Shown here piece by piece: positions 44,901 to 58,305 of a DNA stretch of 64,000 bases. Below the pieces are notes generated by a model, which did not search any database, was not told where the DNA came from, and saw only the letters and a list, made by a program, of their open reading frames with translations. The stretch covers positions 2,232,001-2,296,000 of the forward strand of contig JBPQGU010000016.1 in NCBI GenBank assembly GCA_051362555.1. Reading direction: 5' to 3'. Every line of letters starts with the position of its first letter. The stretch's first letter is position 1. The position numbers and the translations under genes were made by a program. This stretch comes from Lingula anatina (Eukaryota > Animalia > Brachiopoda).

Positions 44901-47900
44901 AAGAAGTGCATATTTAAAAATAGGGTTCATACCCGTATTGTTTCTGAACGTAGCCAGGTGTATTCAAGTAGAATTGGAACATTTCCAGACTGATTGTAAA
45001 CTGTTAAATGATGGATAAAACCAGTTTTATTGCTCTTGTGTGTGGGATGAGTGGACAAGCCAGGATGTGGTAAAAATAATTATTATTACGCTGTTTGATC
45101 TGAATATAATTAAACATAACGCTCTGTAGCATCTTAAATTAATGAAAAGCAAACATCACGTTCATTTTACAAAAGTCTTTTTATTTTACAAAATGTATCT
45201 ACATGGCGTCAAGTCATCTACAGCAACCCTACTTCATAGTAGCATTAAAATAGGCATGATTTACATTGTATAGACCCCTCTGCTTACTATCTAATATTAC
45301 GTATTGGCTGAATTTGGGCTGAGGGATAATTATCTGGTAATTGCATGCTTTATTCAAACAAGATCAATTAAATCTATTTCTCAAAACAAACTTCCATTTG
45401 TAGACAAAATCCAAAAAAGATGACTTATACATTCTCAAAATCAAGCTAATTTAAGATTAATGTCAAAAAGTATGCTTTGATTGGGAGAAACTAAAATGAT
45501 CAGTTCTGATTCTGGAATAAGAAATAGAAATAAATGAAATGTTTGGAATAAGTGATCAGGTACCAGACTTGTGACCCATTTATCTTCATTCAGAAATCAG
45601 TCGCAAGCAACTAACTAAACTCATATACATACTAAGAATAGCACGTAAGAGCTAAAATAATTATCAGAACATGTCACTTAGTAGCAAACTATTATATATA
45701 TATATCAAAACCCTGATGTTTTTTACCTAAGTTTTCAAAATAAAAATGTAAAAAGGAATGCAAATGAAATTTGCCATTGTCACATATTGAGAGAAACAAC
45801 TTGAGAAATATCTCGGAAAAGACAGCTGTTAGCTGTCAATATTTCTAGGTACTTTGACCTATAATTAGTGCAAATTATTATTTTAACTCAAGAGATTATA
45901 TCTCAGCTATGAAAGACTAGTCAATCCTAATGATTATGGTAACTAGTATTTAATATGATACAGTAATATATGTGAGGCTTTCAAGTAATATACACAGTTC
46001 TGAGTTACTCTTTGGGTTCTGCATTGCAGGCAGTTTTTTTTGTACAATTGTTCAACTTTTTTTTACAGAAATATGGCTTGGTTCAAAGATAAGCACATTA
46101 AACCACATTTAAGTATTTCAAGTATAGAATGTGTAAGAAAATATTTTGAACTACCATTTTTATTTTTCATAGTACAAGATTTGCAGGTCATCTCATCGTT
46201 TTCAGGTAACTTTAAATGGCACAACTTGTTTCCTTGCAGAACTTGTTTTGAATGTTGGTCCCCTTTTTACATATGAATCAATAACATGCAGAAATTTTTC
46301 TTAAACAAATCGCCATATGTATTGTATAGACAGAAAAATTCTGTTTGTGACGTAAACACGTCTCAAATGGTTAAATCTTTCACTATAAGCATTTAATTAG
46401 AAGTTGAGAAATAAGAAAATTAATGTATCTTATAGAAAACTTGGTAGTCTAAGAACAAATATACATATTTTTACTATCCATGTTGCCATGGCTCCACATA
46501 TACATTGTACTAAAAGTTACGGAAATATGTACAACTAAATAAAATGCAACCAGTGAACATATATAGTGAAAAAATCCACGAGAAATGTTCTAAAAAGGAA
46601 TATATGGGTCTTTATGAAAGTTGCGAATATTCAGAAAGAACCAACATTAAATGTATTATAAAACAAAATTGCTATTTAAATACAGTTTCCATGTGAATAT
46701 TTGTAGAATTTGAAATGGTGAATTGTGTAGAAAGTCCTAAATGGTAATATTTAAGTCCCCCCGTCAGTATCTTGGACACCAGTTAAACTTTTATTCAGAG
46801 TATACTGTGAGGTCTTAATTGCCATGTAACACCCAGTCATGACATCTTGAGGGGTCTTAAATGCCATTTATAATCCAAAAAAACATTTACATATGAGGAG
46901 GTGGGATTGTTCCCATGTTAAAAGAGTTCGGGTCCTTCTTAACCATTCGTGACAGTTTGGATCCGGCCATCGCAAGACCGCATCCTGCGAAACATGCAAC
47001 GAATCCGGAGAGCACGGCAAAGGCGTAGGACCATGACAGGTAGTTGAAGTCAGGGCGCGGCATCCAGGTGCGGTCACCGCTGAGGGCACCAAATACAATC
47101 ACCACCATTCCTTCTATGATACCTAGGCAAAGGGAAAAAATAGATACAGACTAACTATTTGGTTAAATTGAGTAGGTTTATCTGTCGGGTATTAATCACT
47201 GTAGAAATTTTCAGAAAAAAAAATTTTTTTGAAGAGTATTTGAATCTCTGTCGTGCCCATTTGTCTGCCTCGTAGAGTAACGACATGCCAAAAGGCAAAA
47301 TAAAACATTGTATGAGTTCAGTTGAGGTTTCTTGACTATGGGTTACATATTGTGTGTTCACAACACAAGTAGCACAAAAAATCTTGGCTATCTCAGTGCT
47401 TGGTCTTTCAAAAAGGGGAGGATGCTGAGCTGACTTACCACTAGGTAGCAGCTAGCAGTCATAGCATTTTAACAATATGTAGTAAAAAATCGATCTGATA
47501 AGGATACGTACAATTTATAAGGTTAGGGCTTCCTAAATGCACAGGTCATAAATTTATAAATCTAGTCAAATATTAGGACCAGAATTAATCACATGGCTAT
47601 ACTTACATGCACAAACCATCAAGAAAGCTGACAGGTAAATAGAGGGAACCTCAAGCGTTGTGGAGCAACATCTCATGTAGTAGATACTTTGAATACACAA
47701 AGCCAGGAGTTCTAGAACCAAGGCAGATACTGATAGCCACTGGGCGGCAATGAACCAGGCTGGAATGAGAAAAAATGTGATTTTATTTAATAAAATATTT
47801 ATAATACTTTGGATACACAAGACTGAGAGTTCAAGAACCAAGGAAGACAAACACTGGACAATAATGAACAAGCTAGAACAATTAAAATGCAATTATAGCA

Positions 47901-50900
47901 TTTAATGAAATGTTTAAGATAATTTGTAATAGTAAGTGTAGTAAGAGCAATTGTAAATGATGAACAATTTTCATGTGCGTCGGCATGCTGTGTAAGCGAT
48001 ATCATTGATAAGAATTACAAAAAGTGAAAAAGTATGTGAGCAGCATTTAATAATTTGGGGGGAATATCTGTAACATCACTTACAGACATTAAGTGACAGT
48101 GAACCATGCTTTAACAACAGAAAAATGCAAAGTAAAATATCTAAACATGACACTTATCAAATATCAGGAAAAATCATTAGCTGGAAAAGCATCATGTTAA
48201 AATGATTTTTAAAAAATTATCTAACTTGATGTTTCTGATAGAATTGGTTTCATTTAGACTCTATCTGGTAGAGGTTAGTGTAGTATATGAAGTGTCAACC
48301 TCATATAATACTTTTCAAACATTTTAAAACTCAGCAAGTTGATTTTTTTTTCATCTGCTCTAATCTAATAGTTTTTGGCAGACCCAAGAAAAGCTGGTCT
48401 AGTTGTCTTCTGTAGAGATAAGTGCCTATTTAACACTTTCACTGTATCATGTTAGCTCATATATTATGTATCGTTTTTCAGTAAAAAAAATATGTTGTGA
48501 TTTCAATTAATCAGCTGTCTAAGTGCCACAAATATTTTAAAGAATTCTGGTTTTCATGAATTAATCTCTTCAGATTTTATATTTAAAGAAGCAGAGTTCT
48601 TAAAATTTCAAACTTCTCTTTACTTCCTAAATAGCAAGCAGCCATTTTGAATTCCCAGCAACTGACTCACAGTTAAAAACAAAATCACACCTTGACCTAA
48701 TTTTACCTGCGGGTATAACAAACACTAGGTTTGCTTATATTCCAATGCATATAATATAAATAAATATATTAATATATATTTTTTCAAAGTCAGTACTTAC
48801 GTGGCATAAGAAACTCCCTAATGTTGAAGTATTCTGGTGAATAAACCCACCAGCATCCAACATAACTTTTAGCAAGGTAATCCTGTGGGTGAGTGAAGGC
48901 GTTGAAGCAGAATTCCCATAATCCTGCTCTCAGAAAATCGCTCTGCGTTCTCTCCCATGACTGTATCCAGTGAGGGCTACAGAATGCCACAACGTGGAAG
49001 ATGAGAGCTATGAAAGTGAGGATAAAACTTGCTATAAAGACTGGACTCTCATTTCTCCCACCATTCGCCATCTTGGATTCTCTGTCCTCTGTCTCACCTG
49101 TACAGGTGGGTGGACAGGTAGATTTGAGGGAGAGGACAAGGAAAATTATAAATCTTGTATTCTTTTATGTTTTATGATGAAAGTTATTTATGACACACTT
49201 TTAACATAAAATCCTATGCATTTTTAGTGATTTTATTGGAAATATTCTGTGGTATTAGCCTAGTTTTGTCATATTTATTGAAAAAAAAAAATTACCCTCT
49301 GTCTCCCCCTATAATTGAGACCTGCTCTACCTGTTGATTCACTTGCATGGCGGTTAAAGTGAAAATGAGGCTGCCAGACATTAAACAAGGAATGTGGGTC
49401 CACTGATTAAGTGGAGGGGGTGACAGGTGGTTCTGAATACACTGCCAGGTAATACTAAAAAAGGTAATAATAAAAATAAAATTAAGTGTTGGGGGCCAGG
49501 ATAGCTGAATCTCATCTGGAAATATATAGTCATTATAAACAGGTTAACATATTTTAATTAAAATAAATTTAAAGGAGTATACCCAACATTTGTATCCTGC
49601 TGAAGCAATGCCAGGGGTTTTATATGAAAAAATTAGTGATTATACAATAAGGTCGCGCGACAAGGTTATTTTCAGTTGCACCCTGGATTACGCACGCTTG
49701 CTCCGCATGGTGTCGCCTGTGGTGGGGGGGCAGCACAGCCCATATGGTTACTGTGGCGAAGGTGACAGGTACTTCCAAACATTTTTTCATAACTGTCATT
49801 TTTCCTCATTCTATTCATGAATTTGATATTTACGGCAATTGAAAATGTGGCACCGGCAAAAGTGAATCTTGGTGCGTTGACAGGCCGCACAGGTGTCCCC
49901 AATTAACCGCCGCCAAAGAAGAGACCCCAAGCATTAAACAACACAACCTGTAGATATTGGAAATTTGGCGAAAGTTAAACAACTGAGGCTTTATTAGATT
50001 TGGGCAGAAATCGAGAGGAATGTCCAGTGACATGCCAAACCCCTAAGTTCAAGTCTTGGCCCTTGACACCAGTAACGCACCCCTTAGTCAAGAATCTGAA
50101 CAAATCGATGTTGGGCAGGTATGCTCTATTTTCTACAGGCGTTTTGTGATTTTATCAACTTGATTGTCAAGTGCCAGACCTTTTCTTCCCAGGTACTAGT
50201 AGCAAACTTTATCAGATAACAATCTGACACTAGCCAAGCTGCACTAAAGGCGCTGTAAACTCAGTTATCATTGCTGTCATCTTTACCTGTATCTTTACCG
50301 CTATTATGCCAGTGGTACGTTTGATACATTTGAGTAAGGAAATATGCTTTAATGCTTATGTTCATTTGTAATACGTTAGCATCAACCTGTTAATAAAAAC
50401 TTGGAAACTTTCAATGTTATTACACAATAACAGTATAATGATGGGAGATGTTATGATTAAATGCTTAGAAGAATAATAAAAACAAATTATGTGAAATATA
50501 AAATGAATTGATTTTATTTGGGTTATTTATTTATTTATTTCAAACCAATTAATTATCAAACATGAAGCTTATTTTTAGAAACATTCGCAGATATATGAAA
50601 TATAACCCTGCTGGTACACAGATCTACAGTTCTAAAATGCAAATACCAAGTACCTTTCACACACCACTGATGAGATGTGAATAATCATATGTATAAAGTA
50701 GTAAAAATATCACAAAATGTGTGTAAGCAAGATATTTCTGCAAGTAACCTCATTAATCAGTCAGGAAACTTCATAATGCACCCAATAAATGTAGAAATTT
50801 GAGCCAGAGAAATTCTACATACAGGCATGACAGATTTACCATATATTGCCACCAACCCTTAACTGAATGGGCATTGAAAGAACAAAGTGAGTCTCCCTCC

Positions 50901-53707
50901 CATTAAAAATGAAAAATAAAAATAAACAAATAAAAAACAGATACTGTCATTCTTAATACTGAAAAACAATGGCACCTTGCAGCCTTCACTGCCTCACTAT
51001 TTGCAGACAATGTTCTAGTCACTGTAACTGTATACTTTTGAGGCATAGATGCAAGAATAACTTCTTTGAAGTATATTGTGAAGGTCTCTTTTGTCATAAA
51101 TCTGCCATGTATAACCTGAATGTACTGTACAACAATTCATTCCGCAGCAGCTTGTCTTAGTAAGGACTCAACCAGTTTGAAAACTTGTGGCATAGCTTCA
51201 GGGACAAGATCACACCATCTATCTTTGCTGTGATGATGGATCTACTAGTACATTATCTATGCCTTGTTCTCCTAGTTTCTCTAATACCATTTCCCCTGAT
51301 CTATGCTCACATCAATCTCTACAGCTTTACCAACTGCTACACAGTTTTTACATCTGAAAGTATAAAGCAAATTTGTAATAAAGCACTATCAATTTACTTG
51401 TTAGATATTGATTTGAGGGCAAGAGAAAAATGCAGAAACCTCATATCATAATCAAGATAATTGAAAATCAAATATGCATAATCAAATTAATAGCTTTAAT
51501 TGTACATAGTCATACTACTGATAATTTAATCTTTTAAACTTCAGCATAAATTTCTCTTGTTAAAGCATAGCCACTTTATCAAAATGTGTTTGAAAAAATA
51601 ATAATAATAATGATAACAAAAATAAACAACCTGCACACAAGATGGAACATGGAGGTCAATTGCCACAAAATAAGTTGATTTGTACTTGGTAGCCTGAGAA
51701 ATAGTATCAGGTATTAATTTGAGCAGTAAATTGAGTAATAATACCACAGAGTTAACAATGACACAAGCATATGGTGTTGTGTAACAAAATTCATGCATTA
51801 CTTGCTGTGGCAGTGTCCTCCTCAACCTATCGTGCACTGCAGGTTTTGATTTTCAATGTCATCAAAAATTTTTATTGTTGTTAGTTTGATTTATGTATCT
51901 GCTATTCAAATAATATCCTTTGGAAAATAACTTACTGATTTAATTATGCTTTTGCAACATGAAATTATCAGTAACTTTCCCGGTTCACGTGTATACAGTA
52001 CCTTGTTATCAGTGCTGCTCTTTTCTCCCCAACTCGCCACTGACAGGCTAACCACATTGTTTCAAAACAACGTTGGTATGCTCCTTTACTTTTGGTGTTG
52101 GCAGTTTCGCCCTGGGGACATCGTTTTTGGTTAAAAACAACGTATCGTTTTCACCCATCTATGCTTTGCTCGTGTACAAAATGTCCGCTTGCTGCCCCCC
52201 AAGGGAAAAATCGTAGCACGTGGGTAGTTACGCAAGACCTGTGACGTATAACGCGCGCAAGGTTATTGTAAATGCCTAAAGAACTTTCAGATGAGAAAAA
52301 GATATATTATTCTGTATAGGAGTTCATTTATTTATTCTTTATTTTTTATTAATTTCAGTATTTATTGTTAATTTTTAAAATTTGTTTTTAATGCTGAAAG
52401 CAGTGTGAAATTTCATGGCATTTTGGCATTATATTTTGTATTAAAATGGACAGTACTAATGAATATTGACTTTACATTATTTGGATAATAAGGATAAAAA
52501 AACAAAAAAATGTACTGTGTAATATTTTATATTTTTAACTAAAAGTAGATTCCTCATATGAAGGAGGTTACGTTTTCCTCATATGAAGGAGGTTACGTTT
52601 TCACCCCTGTTTGCTTGTTTGTCTGTCTGTCATCAACATAACTCAAAAAGTTATAGACCAATTTTGATGAAATTTTCAGGAACTATCAGAAGTGGGCCAA
52701 GGAACACATGATTAGTATTTGGTGGTGGTCTGGATCAATAATCAATCAGTAATCAATAATAATAAAAAAATTGCTGCCTTGGTCTGCACTCTCAGAGTGC
52801 TTTTCTAGTTTTACTAAAACGAATCATGCATAAAAAAATTAATTTTTATCTTGAATTTTCTCCATCCCATGTAGCATCATAATTGAATTGTTTTATTTTA
52901 TTCTACCTGTCAGTGATCACTTTTAAGTAAAAGTCACAACTTTTTTCTTTTCCAGTATGGTTTGACCCCACTGACCTCCACAAGGCAGAGAAGCCATTTC
53001 ACAGCGATGCCTTCACCAAGATCACATATACGTCCCCGAATATAAATGAACTGAGACACATGAGGCGGGGGTTGATGGGAGGGGCAGGGGAGATTGAAAC
53101 AGGTGAGCAGGGAATGGTTTCGAAAATTCCAGATGTGTCTGGCACGCCCCCTTACAAAGCAACATGAACAGCATCATGAACTATGAAGCTTTCCCGACTT
53201 AACCCAAGTACTTTAAGTAACTCCTTGGGGATTCTCACTAAATTGCTTTCAGTTCAAGCAGATTTCATGTCTGACCCCCCCCCTCCCCCCCCCCCCTCCT
53301 CCCCCCCCCCCCCCCCCCCCCTTCATAACTTAAAGTACCTGGATAAAGTGGGGAAAACTTAATGGTCCATGATGTTGTTCATATTGCTTTGCCAAGAGGG
53401 CTTGGTTGACAACTAAGCTGATTACATTGACTGTGCCCTAGCTAGAATCCCCGCTGAGATAGATATATAACCTGGGAGAAGTCAGGACTCCTTATTTACT
53501 ATAATTTTGTCATTATTATTATTATTATTATTATCGTAGGCGGGGATCAGTCAAGGCTCTCTATTTCCTATTGTTAATAATAATAATGATAATATTGTTA
53601 TTATTATACCCTCAGGCTAGACAGATGACTAACCTCTGAACGCCTTGCTAGATTTATTATGTATTATTATTATCAGAGGCTTGGATCAGTCAGGACACCC
53701 TATTTAC

Positions 53708-53744
<37 letters not shown>

Positions 53745-54805
53745 CCCTCAGGCCGAACAGATGACTTACCTCTGAATGCCTTGCTAGAAGAAAGTGTGGA
53801 GATATGCAGACAGTTAATAGAATACATTCCAAACATCTTAGTGACTTTAGGAAAGCATGGTATTTTACTGTGCAGGAACACTAGCCAAGACAATCCATTC
53901 CCATACAAAGGAAAAATTGTGCCAGTAAGTAATGCTAGGTACATACTTTATTTTAAAGTCCATTTTTATTATTATTATTTTTTTTTTAAATATTTTTTAT
54001 GTACAGATAATGTTGTATCTGTACTTATAACCCTGACCAAAACATGTGGTACTTGTCAGGTACATATTAAGTCTTATTACAAGCACTTGTCTGTACATTT
54101 GACAGCCTTTTCTAACTCATCGCAGAACCATTCTCGCATTTTGAAGACTACCACTTCTAAGTGCAAAGTGAGTATGTAGTTTACATGAATTCCAAATTTA
54201 ATTCTAGTAGTTTTTAATGTGTTGCATAATAGGCAATGATGGTAAGGCATTATGATTAAAGGCATACTCTACACATTTTAAACATGCTTTCGGTATTGCA
54301 AATCTTCTCAACTTTCCAAATTCAGACCTAAATGAAGAAAAAAACCCTCACATTAAGTATCTGAGTTCAATGTTTCCTTCTGAAGGAAAAAGGAAAACGG
54401 CTAAATTATCCACTAGCGATGATGTCATGGATTCCCCCTCTCCCAAGCACACCAATCCCAGCAGAGCACATTAAATCTTGGCTTGCTTTCAATTGTGTCA
54501 TGCAATATTTCAGCCGCCACTAGGATCATCTGGTTGTGAATGTTTTCTTACATTAAAATGAGATGATGTATTGACTTGATAAATAATGGCTGAATTGTGG
54601 CAAGCATTTGTGAAGGTGATGTGTCACATAATTTGTGTACTGAAATATTTATTTCTGATTATCTGTTGTGACAAGAGCTAGCTTAATTTTTCTTTCCCTT
54701 TTCCAGTCTGAAGGAGCATTGACTGCCATGTATTGTCCAGCATATGCACAGGGCCAGCAACCGGTGCCCCTGGTCAGTGTATCTGGAGCTGGAGACAGGT
54801 AGAAA

Positions 54806-54844
<39 letters not shown>

Positions 54845-54984
54845 ACAGGGCCAGCAACAGGTGCCCCTGCATCAGTATGTCTGGAGCAGGAGACAGGTGG
54901 AAATAAATAAATAAGTAAATAAATAAACAGGGTCAGCAACAGGTGCCCCTGCTCAGTGTATCTGGAGCAGGAGACAGGTAGAAA

Positions 54985-55015
<31 letters not shown>

Positions 55016-55662
55016 ACAGGACCAGCAACAGGTGCCCCTGCTCAGTGTGTCTGGAGCCAGAGATGGGTAGAAATCAATCAGTAAATAAAAAGGAACTAAC
55101 TATAAGGTAAATGAATAAAATTAAAAGCTGTGTTTTAAGGTGAAATTCTGATATCCAAACATTTTTAATTGCACAGCTCTAGCTGTCACTGTGACAACAT
55201 GTTGTAATTGTTCCCCATCTGACATCATTAGAAAGTAGCAACAATTATTAAATAGTTATTATGTCAATACTTGCTATTGTATTAGAGTAATTGTCAAATT
55301 CATTGCATGTGTGTGTGTGTGCACATGCATAGGATAGATTTTTAAATGCACAGGAATAAAGATCATAAAGGTTTTCTCAAATAATTTTAAAACTTGCTTT
55401 ATACTGTTCCGCTTTACGTACTTTTTTTTAGTCTTTTCTATAATATTATTGTTTTTTTTTTTTCTTGTTTCCCAGTATGGTGGCAGCCATAGTCTACAGT
55501 TTACTTAGAGACATTCCAGCTGCAGACTGTATCAAATATGGACTTCTTGCCGCTACCCTCTCGCTACAATCTCATCATGCAATAATACCCAGCATGCACC
55601 AGAAGTTACAGGAACACAACATCAAGGACATGTGCTGGAGAGACAGTCACTTAGAGATATAA
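28015..55662 (+). CDS. Bifunctional pseudouridine-metabolising protein (PsuG/IndA pseudouridine-5'-phosphate glycosidase + PfkB-family pseudouridine kinase), 17 exons, ~719 aa
   Basis: Exons 28015-28105, 28531-28642, 31307-31392, 31864-31955, 32459-32570, 33247-33353, 34015-34141, 34662-34782, 35088-35173, 36113-36273, 39328-39549, 39965-40093, 40548-40662, 52956-53102, 53752-53924, 54707-54798, 55476-55662; phases sum to 2160 nt. PsuG motifs [48 protein letters not shown]. PfkB motifs [28 protein letters not shown]. Confidence 0.93.
29003..30641. mobile_element. Non-autonomous hAT-like DNA transposon (1.64 kb) with 15-bp perfect TIRs and a 6-bp TSD
   Basis: ccattc|cagtgattgcgaaag ... ctttcgcaatcactg|ccattc. 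Neighbouring repeat units show the empty site (ataccattccctcag). Confidence 0.9.
29697..29851. mobile_element. Small MITE nested in the hAT-like element
   Basis: ctggcccgtagccag ... ctggctacgggcctg inverted termini; no clear TSD. Confidence 0.65.
32877..32916. repeat. (CA)n microsatellite, preceded by (CT)n
   Basis: Direct reading. Confidence 0.9.
35174..36112 (+). other. U12-type (minor spliceosome) GT-AG intron 9 of the pseudouridine gene
   Basis: 5' splice site GTATCCTT at 35174. Branch-like TTTCCTTTAC at 36092-36101, 11-12 nt from the AG. The spliced frame gives [13 protein letters not shown], typical of PsuG. Confidence 0.85.
35448..35996. mobile_element. PIF/Harbinger-like MITE
   Basis: tta|taccccattcacactac ... 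gtagtgtgagtgggata|tta; imperfect TIRs and TTA TSD. Confidence 0.75.
37505..37793. mobile_element. PIF/Harbinger-like MITE
   Basis: tta|ggccccattcaaattagatgatccaagtactaactgatc ... gatcagttagtactgggataatctattctgaatggggcc|tta. Confidence 0.85.
38690..38930 (+). mobile_element. Degraded 3' end of a LINE (RTE-like)
   Basis: Fragments translate as [10 protein letters not shown]...GRK..CEDMI...DWT...IRKVEED, resembling RTE ORF C termini; frameshifted. Confidence 0.45.
41822..44292 (-). CDS. Claudin-like (PMP22/claudin superfamily, invertebrate type) protein B, 3 exons, ~202 aa, nested in an intron
   Basis: Exons 44292-44034, 43087-42941, 42024-41822 (609 nt). W-GLW-C-C loop motif (TPNW...GLWEFC...GCWW), [14 protein letters not shown], four TM segments. 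An in-frame upstream ATG exists at 44379. Confidence 0.88.
46887..49071 (-). CDS. Claudin-like (PMP22/claudin superfamily, invertebrate type) protein A, 3 coding exons, ~219 aa, nested in an intron
   Basis: Exons 49071-48801, 47759-47607, 47122-46887 (660 nt). SPHW...GLWEFCF...[32 protein letters not shown]. Same intron positions as gene B. Confidence 0.9.
52549..52808 (+). mobile_element. Non-autonomous Helentron/HINE (DINE-1-like) element
   Basis: aaggaggttacgttttcacccctgtttg, (GTCT)n microsatellite, aactcaaaaagtt core, 3' hairpin gcactctcagagtgc followed by ttttctag. The first 26 bp are duplicated. Confidence 0.7.
54766..55073 (+). repeat. Tandem copies of the exon 16 3' end plus donor plus (TAAA)n (three extra copies)
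   Basis: acagggccagcaac(c/a)ggtgcccctg...tctggagc(t/a)ggagacaggtagaaataaataaa repeated four times. Confidence 0.9.
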
Positions 55663-56056
55663 AGACTATGATCACCTGAATACCACTTACAGAGAGTGGA
55701 GACCTCCACCAAGGCAGCTCAAGTCAATTAACATTCTTATTCGGTTAATAATTGGTGAATTAATTAATAGAGAGAGGAGACCTGCACCAAGGCAGCTCAG
55801 ATCAATAAGTATTAATTAATAAGTATTAAGAAGTATTGTAATTTATTAATTAGTGAATTAATTAGTAGATTAACAAAAAATAACCAATTATTATGTTAAC
55901 CTATATCTATAACATATAAAACGTATAATAATACAACATATTAATAGACTATAAATGACTATTTTGGTGGGTTCAACAAATTGGGTTATTTCTGTATTCT
56001 GGTTACAATATTCTATCTGAGTCTCTGGTGTACTGGTCTCTACAACTTTCTCAACC

Positions 56057-56225
56057 CAGGGGCGGATTTAGGCCGTCTTCTGGGTCTTTCGGAAGACGGT
56101 CAGATTTTCAAGTTTATACATTGACAGGTATCTATTTTTTCTGTCGGAAGACGGTCAAGAACGGAGGATGGATCAACAAAGACAATTTGGAAGACTGTCA
56201 GAAAATATATCTGGATCCGCCCCTG
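56057..56225. mobile_element. Small hAT-like MITE with a 5-bp TSD
   Basis: caacc|caggggcggat ... atccgcccctg|caacc. Confidence 0.8.
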
Positions 56226-58305
56226 CAACCTGTGCCATCAACCTTGTTCCTTTTAACTATTTCCTTCAATCATATTCTCTCAAATGCCAGCTATGGTCAG
56301 TTGCTACCTTTTTATCTAAAATGCAGGGAGTTACATGTATGTGGGAGGCTGTCCTAAATCTTATTGGTTAATCTTAGTTTGATGGACAGGTGACTCTGGT
56401 CACCTGACTTGTAATTATTTAAGTTGGTTTAATTACAACCGGTTTCTTGAAAGAAAAATTATTCCGTGTCAGTTTTTAAAAACAGTATAACTGTAATCAC
56501 TGGCTAATTATCATGAACATTAAGTTGTCTGTATCTACTAACAGAAAAAAGAATGATTTAACTGATGAAATTAGGTGCTTGGCCATAAGAGAACCAATTG
56601 ACCTGGTGAGGATTGGTGAAGTTCATGTATTGATGCAAGTAAGAAATTTATTCATGAGTTAGGAATAAATTACAAAAAAATTTTTTGTAAGAGAGTTGTA
56701 GGTCATGGCTCACATAGTCTCTTTGAGTTCCAGTTTTCACCTTGGTAAGTGGTGGTATATTTCGTGTAAATAGAATAAAAATGGTAAAAACTAAAAAAAA
56801 TATTTAACCTTATAAACATTAAAAAACAATCATTTGGTTTGCCACAGATATACAGTGTATGTAGAATTCAGGTAGACACCGCATGGGTGAATTACACCCC
56901 ATCAACCTATTGTACACAGGTAATAATATAACAGTTGATGAATTTGTTTTTGGTGCAAAATTTGTCATATATAAGATTGCATGTAAACTGAGTTGGACAT
57001 ATCATATCTGTGTGAGCTAAACAAACGAACGGCACACGGGTCAGCGATTACAAGTGCAGATACTTACATGTGTATCCAAACTGCCACTCTCTGTGGCAAG
57101 GTATAGTTAAAAAGTTAAAATATATTTATTTTCGTGACAATACCGAATATATACAAATATAATACACAATACAATGATATGAATATATATGCATCGGCCC
57201 AGCCCTGTGGGCTTACAAAGTCACCTGTTTTAACAATAATTATATAGCAACTTCTTTACGTATAACTTCTTTACGTATAAATTTCCCATTTGATAGGTAC
57301 CTGTACCTGATCAACTTCCCTTCTGCGGCTCCGGAGCACCTCCGCTGTATTGGACCGCTGTCAAAATATATTGTATTTTAACGAACCATTTTAGACCAGC
57401 TTTATGATTTTAATCAAAAGTATTTAAATACTATTCGTCAGAGAAAATGACAAATAAAAATTTTAGAACTTGAAATGCGAAAGCAACTCTGAGTGAGAAA
57501 AACTGTGGTGTCCGTTCATGCACGGCCATGACTCAACTTATCGATAATAAATAACAAAGTTCTATTTTTTTTATTTCATTTTATTGAATTTTAAAGCTTG
57601 TTAAGCAAGGAGCAACCTGTCCAAATTCTAAATACGCTTATATCCCCTTTGTCAATTAACATTTTAACTACGATATGTAGAGAAATATGTGTGTAAGCCA
57701 TATCACAGTGCAGTTTCATCACGTTACTCTGGCATTACCAGAAACTAAAATATTAAAAGGCCCACATGAATAGAGAAAGGATCTGCCACTATCTGTACGA
57801 TGCGTCTATATGGTATTTGCTCTCTCTCTCTCACCCCTTTATACAGACATGATGGCAGAATAGTTACAAGAGGATTCACATAATAAATTTGAAGAGTATT
57901 CGTGAAATGTAGAACCACATATTACACGTAAAATCAGCCAGTGGCTTCAATCTTGATAAGGCCTACATGAGATAATTAGCATTTTCACGTCATGTTATAC
58001 ACGTAAGAAAGTCACTTCAAGCGCCGTGTGCGATATCGATGATAAATAAATAAATAATCGACACGGTCGATAAACTTAAGGAGCAGGGCGCAAACTTGTG
58101 ACAGGTAAACCTGTAGTTATGGCCGCTGCTGCGTAAACTTTCTCAAATGCACTGGCACAATGATATCGTTAAGGAATAAGACTGAAACACCGTCAACACT
58201 GAATTAAATGTATGGATCAGATATTCATGAATAGCCTAGCTGTTCTTCAGTATGCACGATATTTTTATGCCATTATCAAGTCCTGGTGACAAATAGAGAT
58301 ATTTC

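Noticed and set aside
49641-52270. Possible large TIR element (tacaataaggtcgcgcg ... cgcgcaaggttattgta)
   Set aside because: The inverted match is short and imperfect with no clear TSD; it may be two unrelated fragments.
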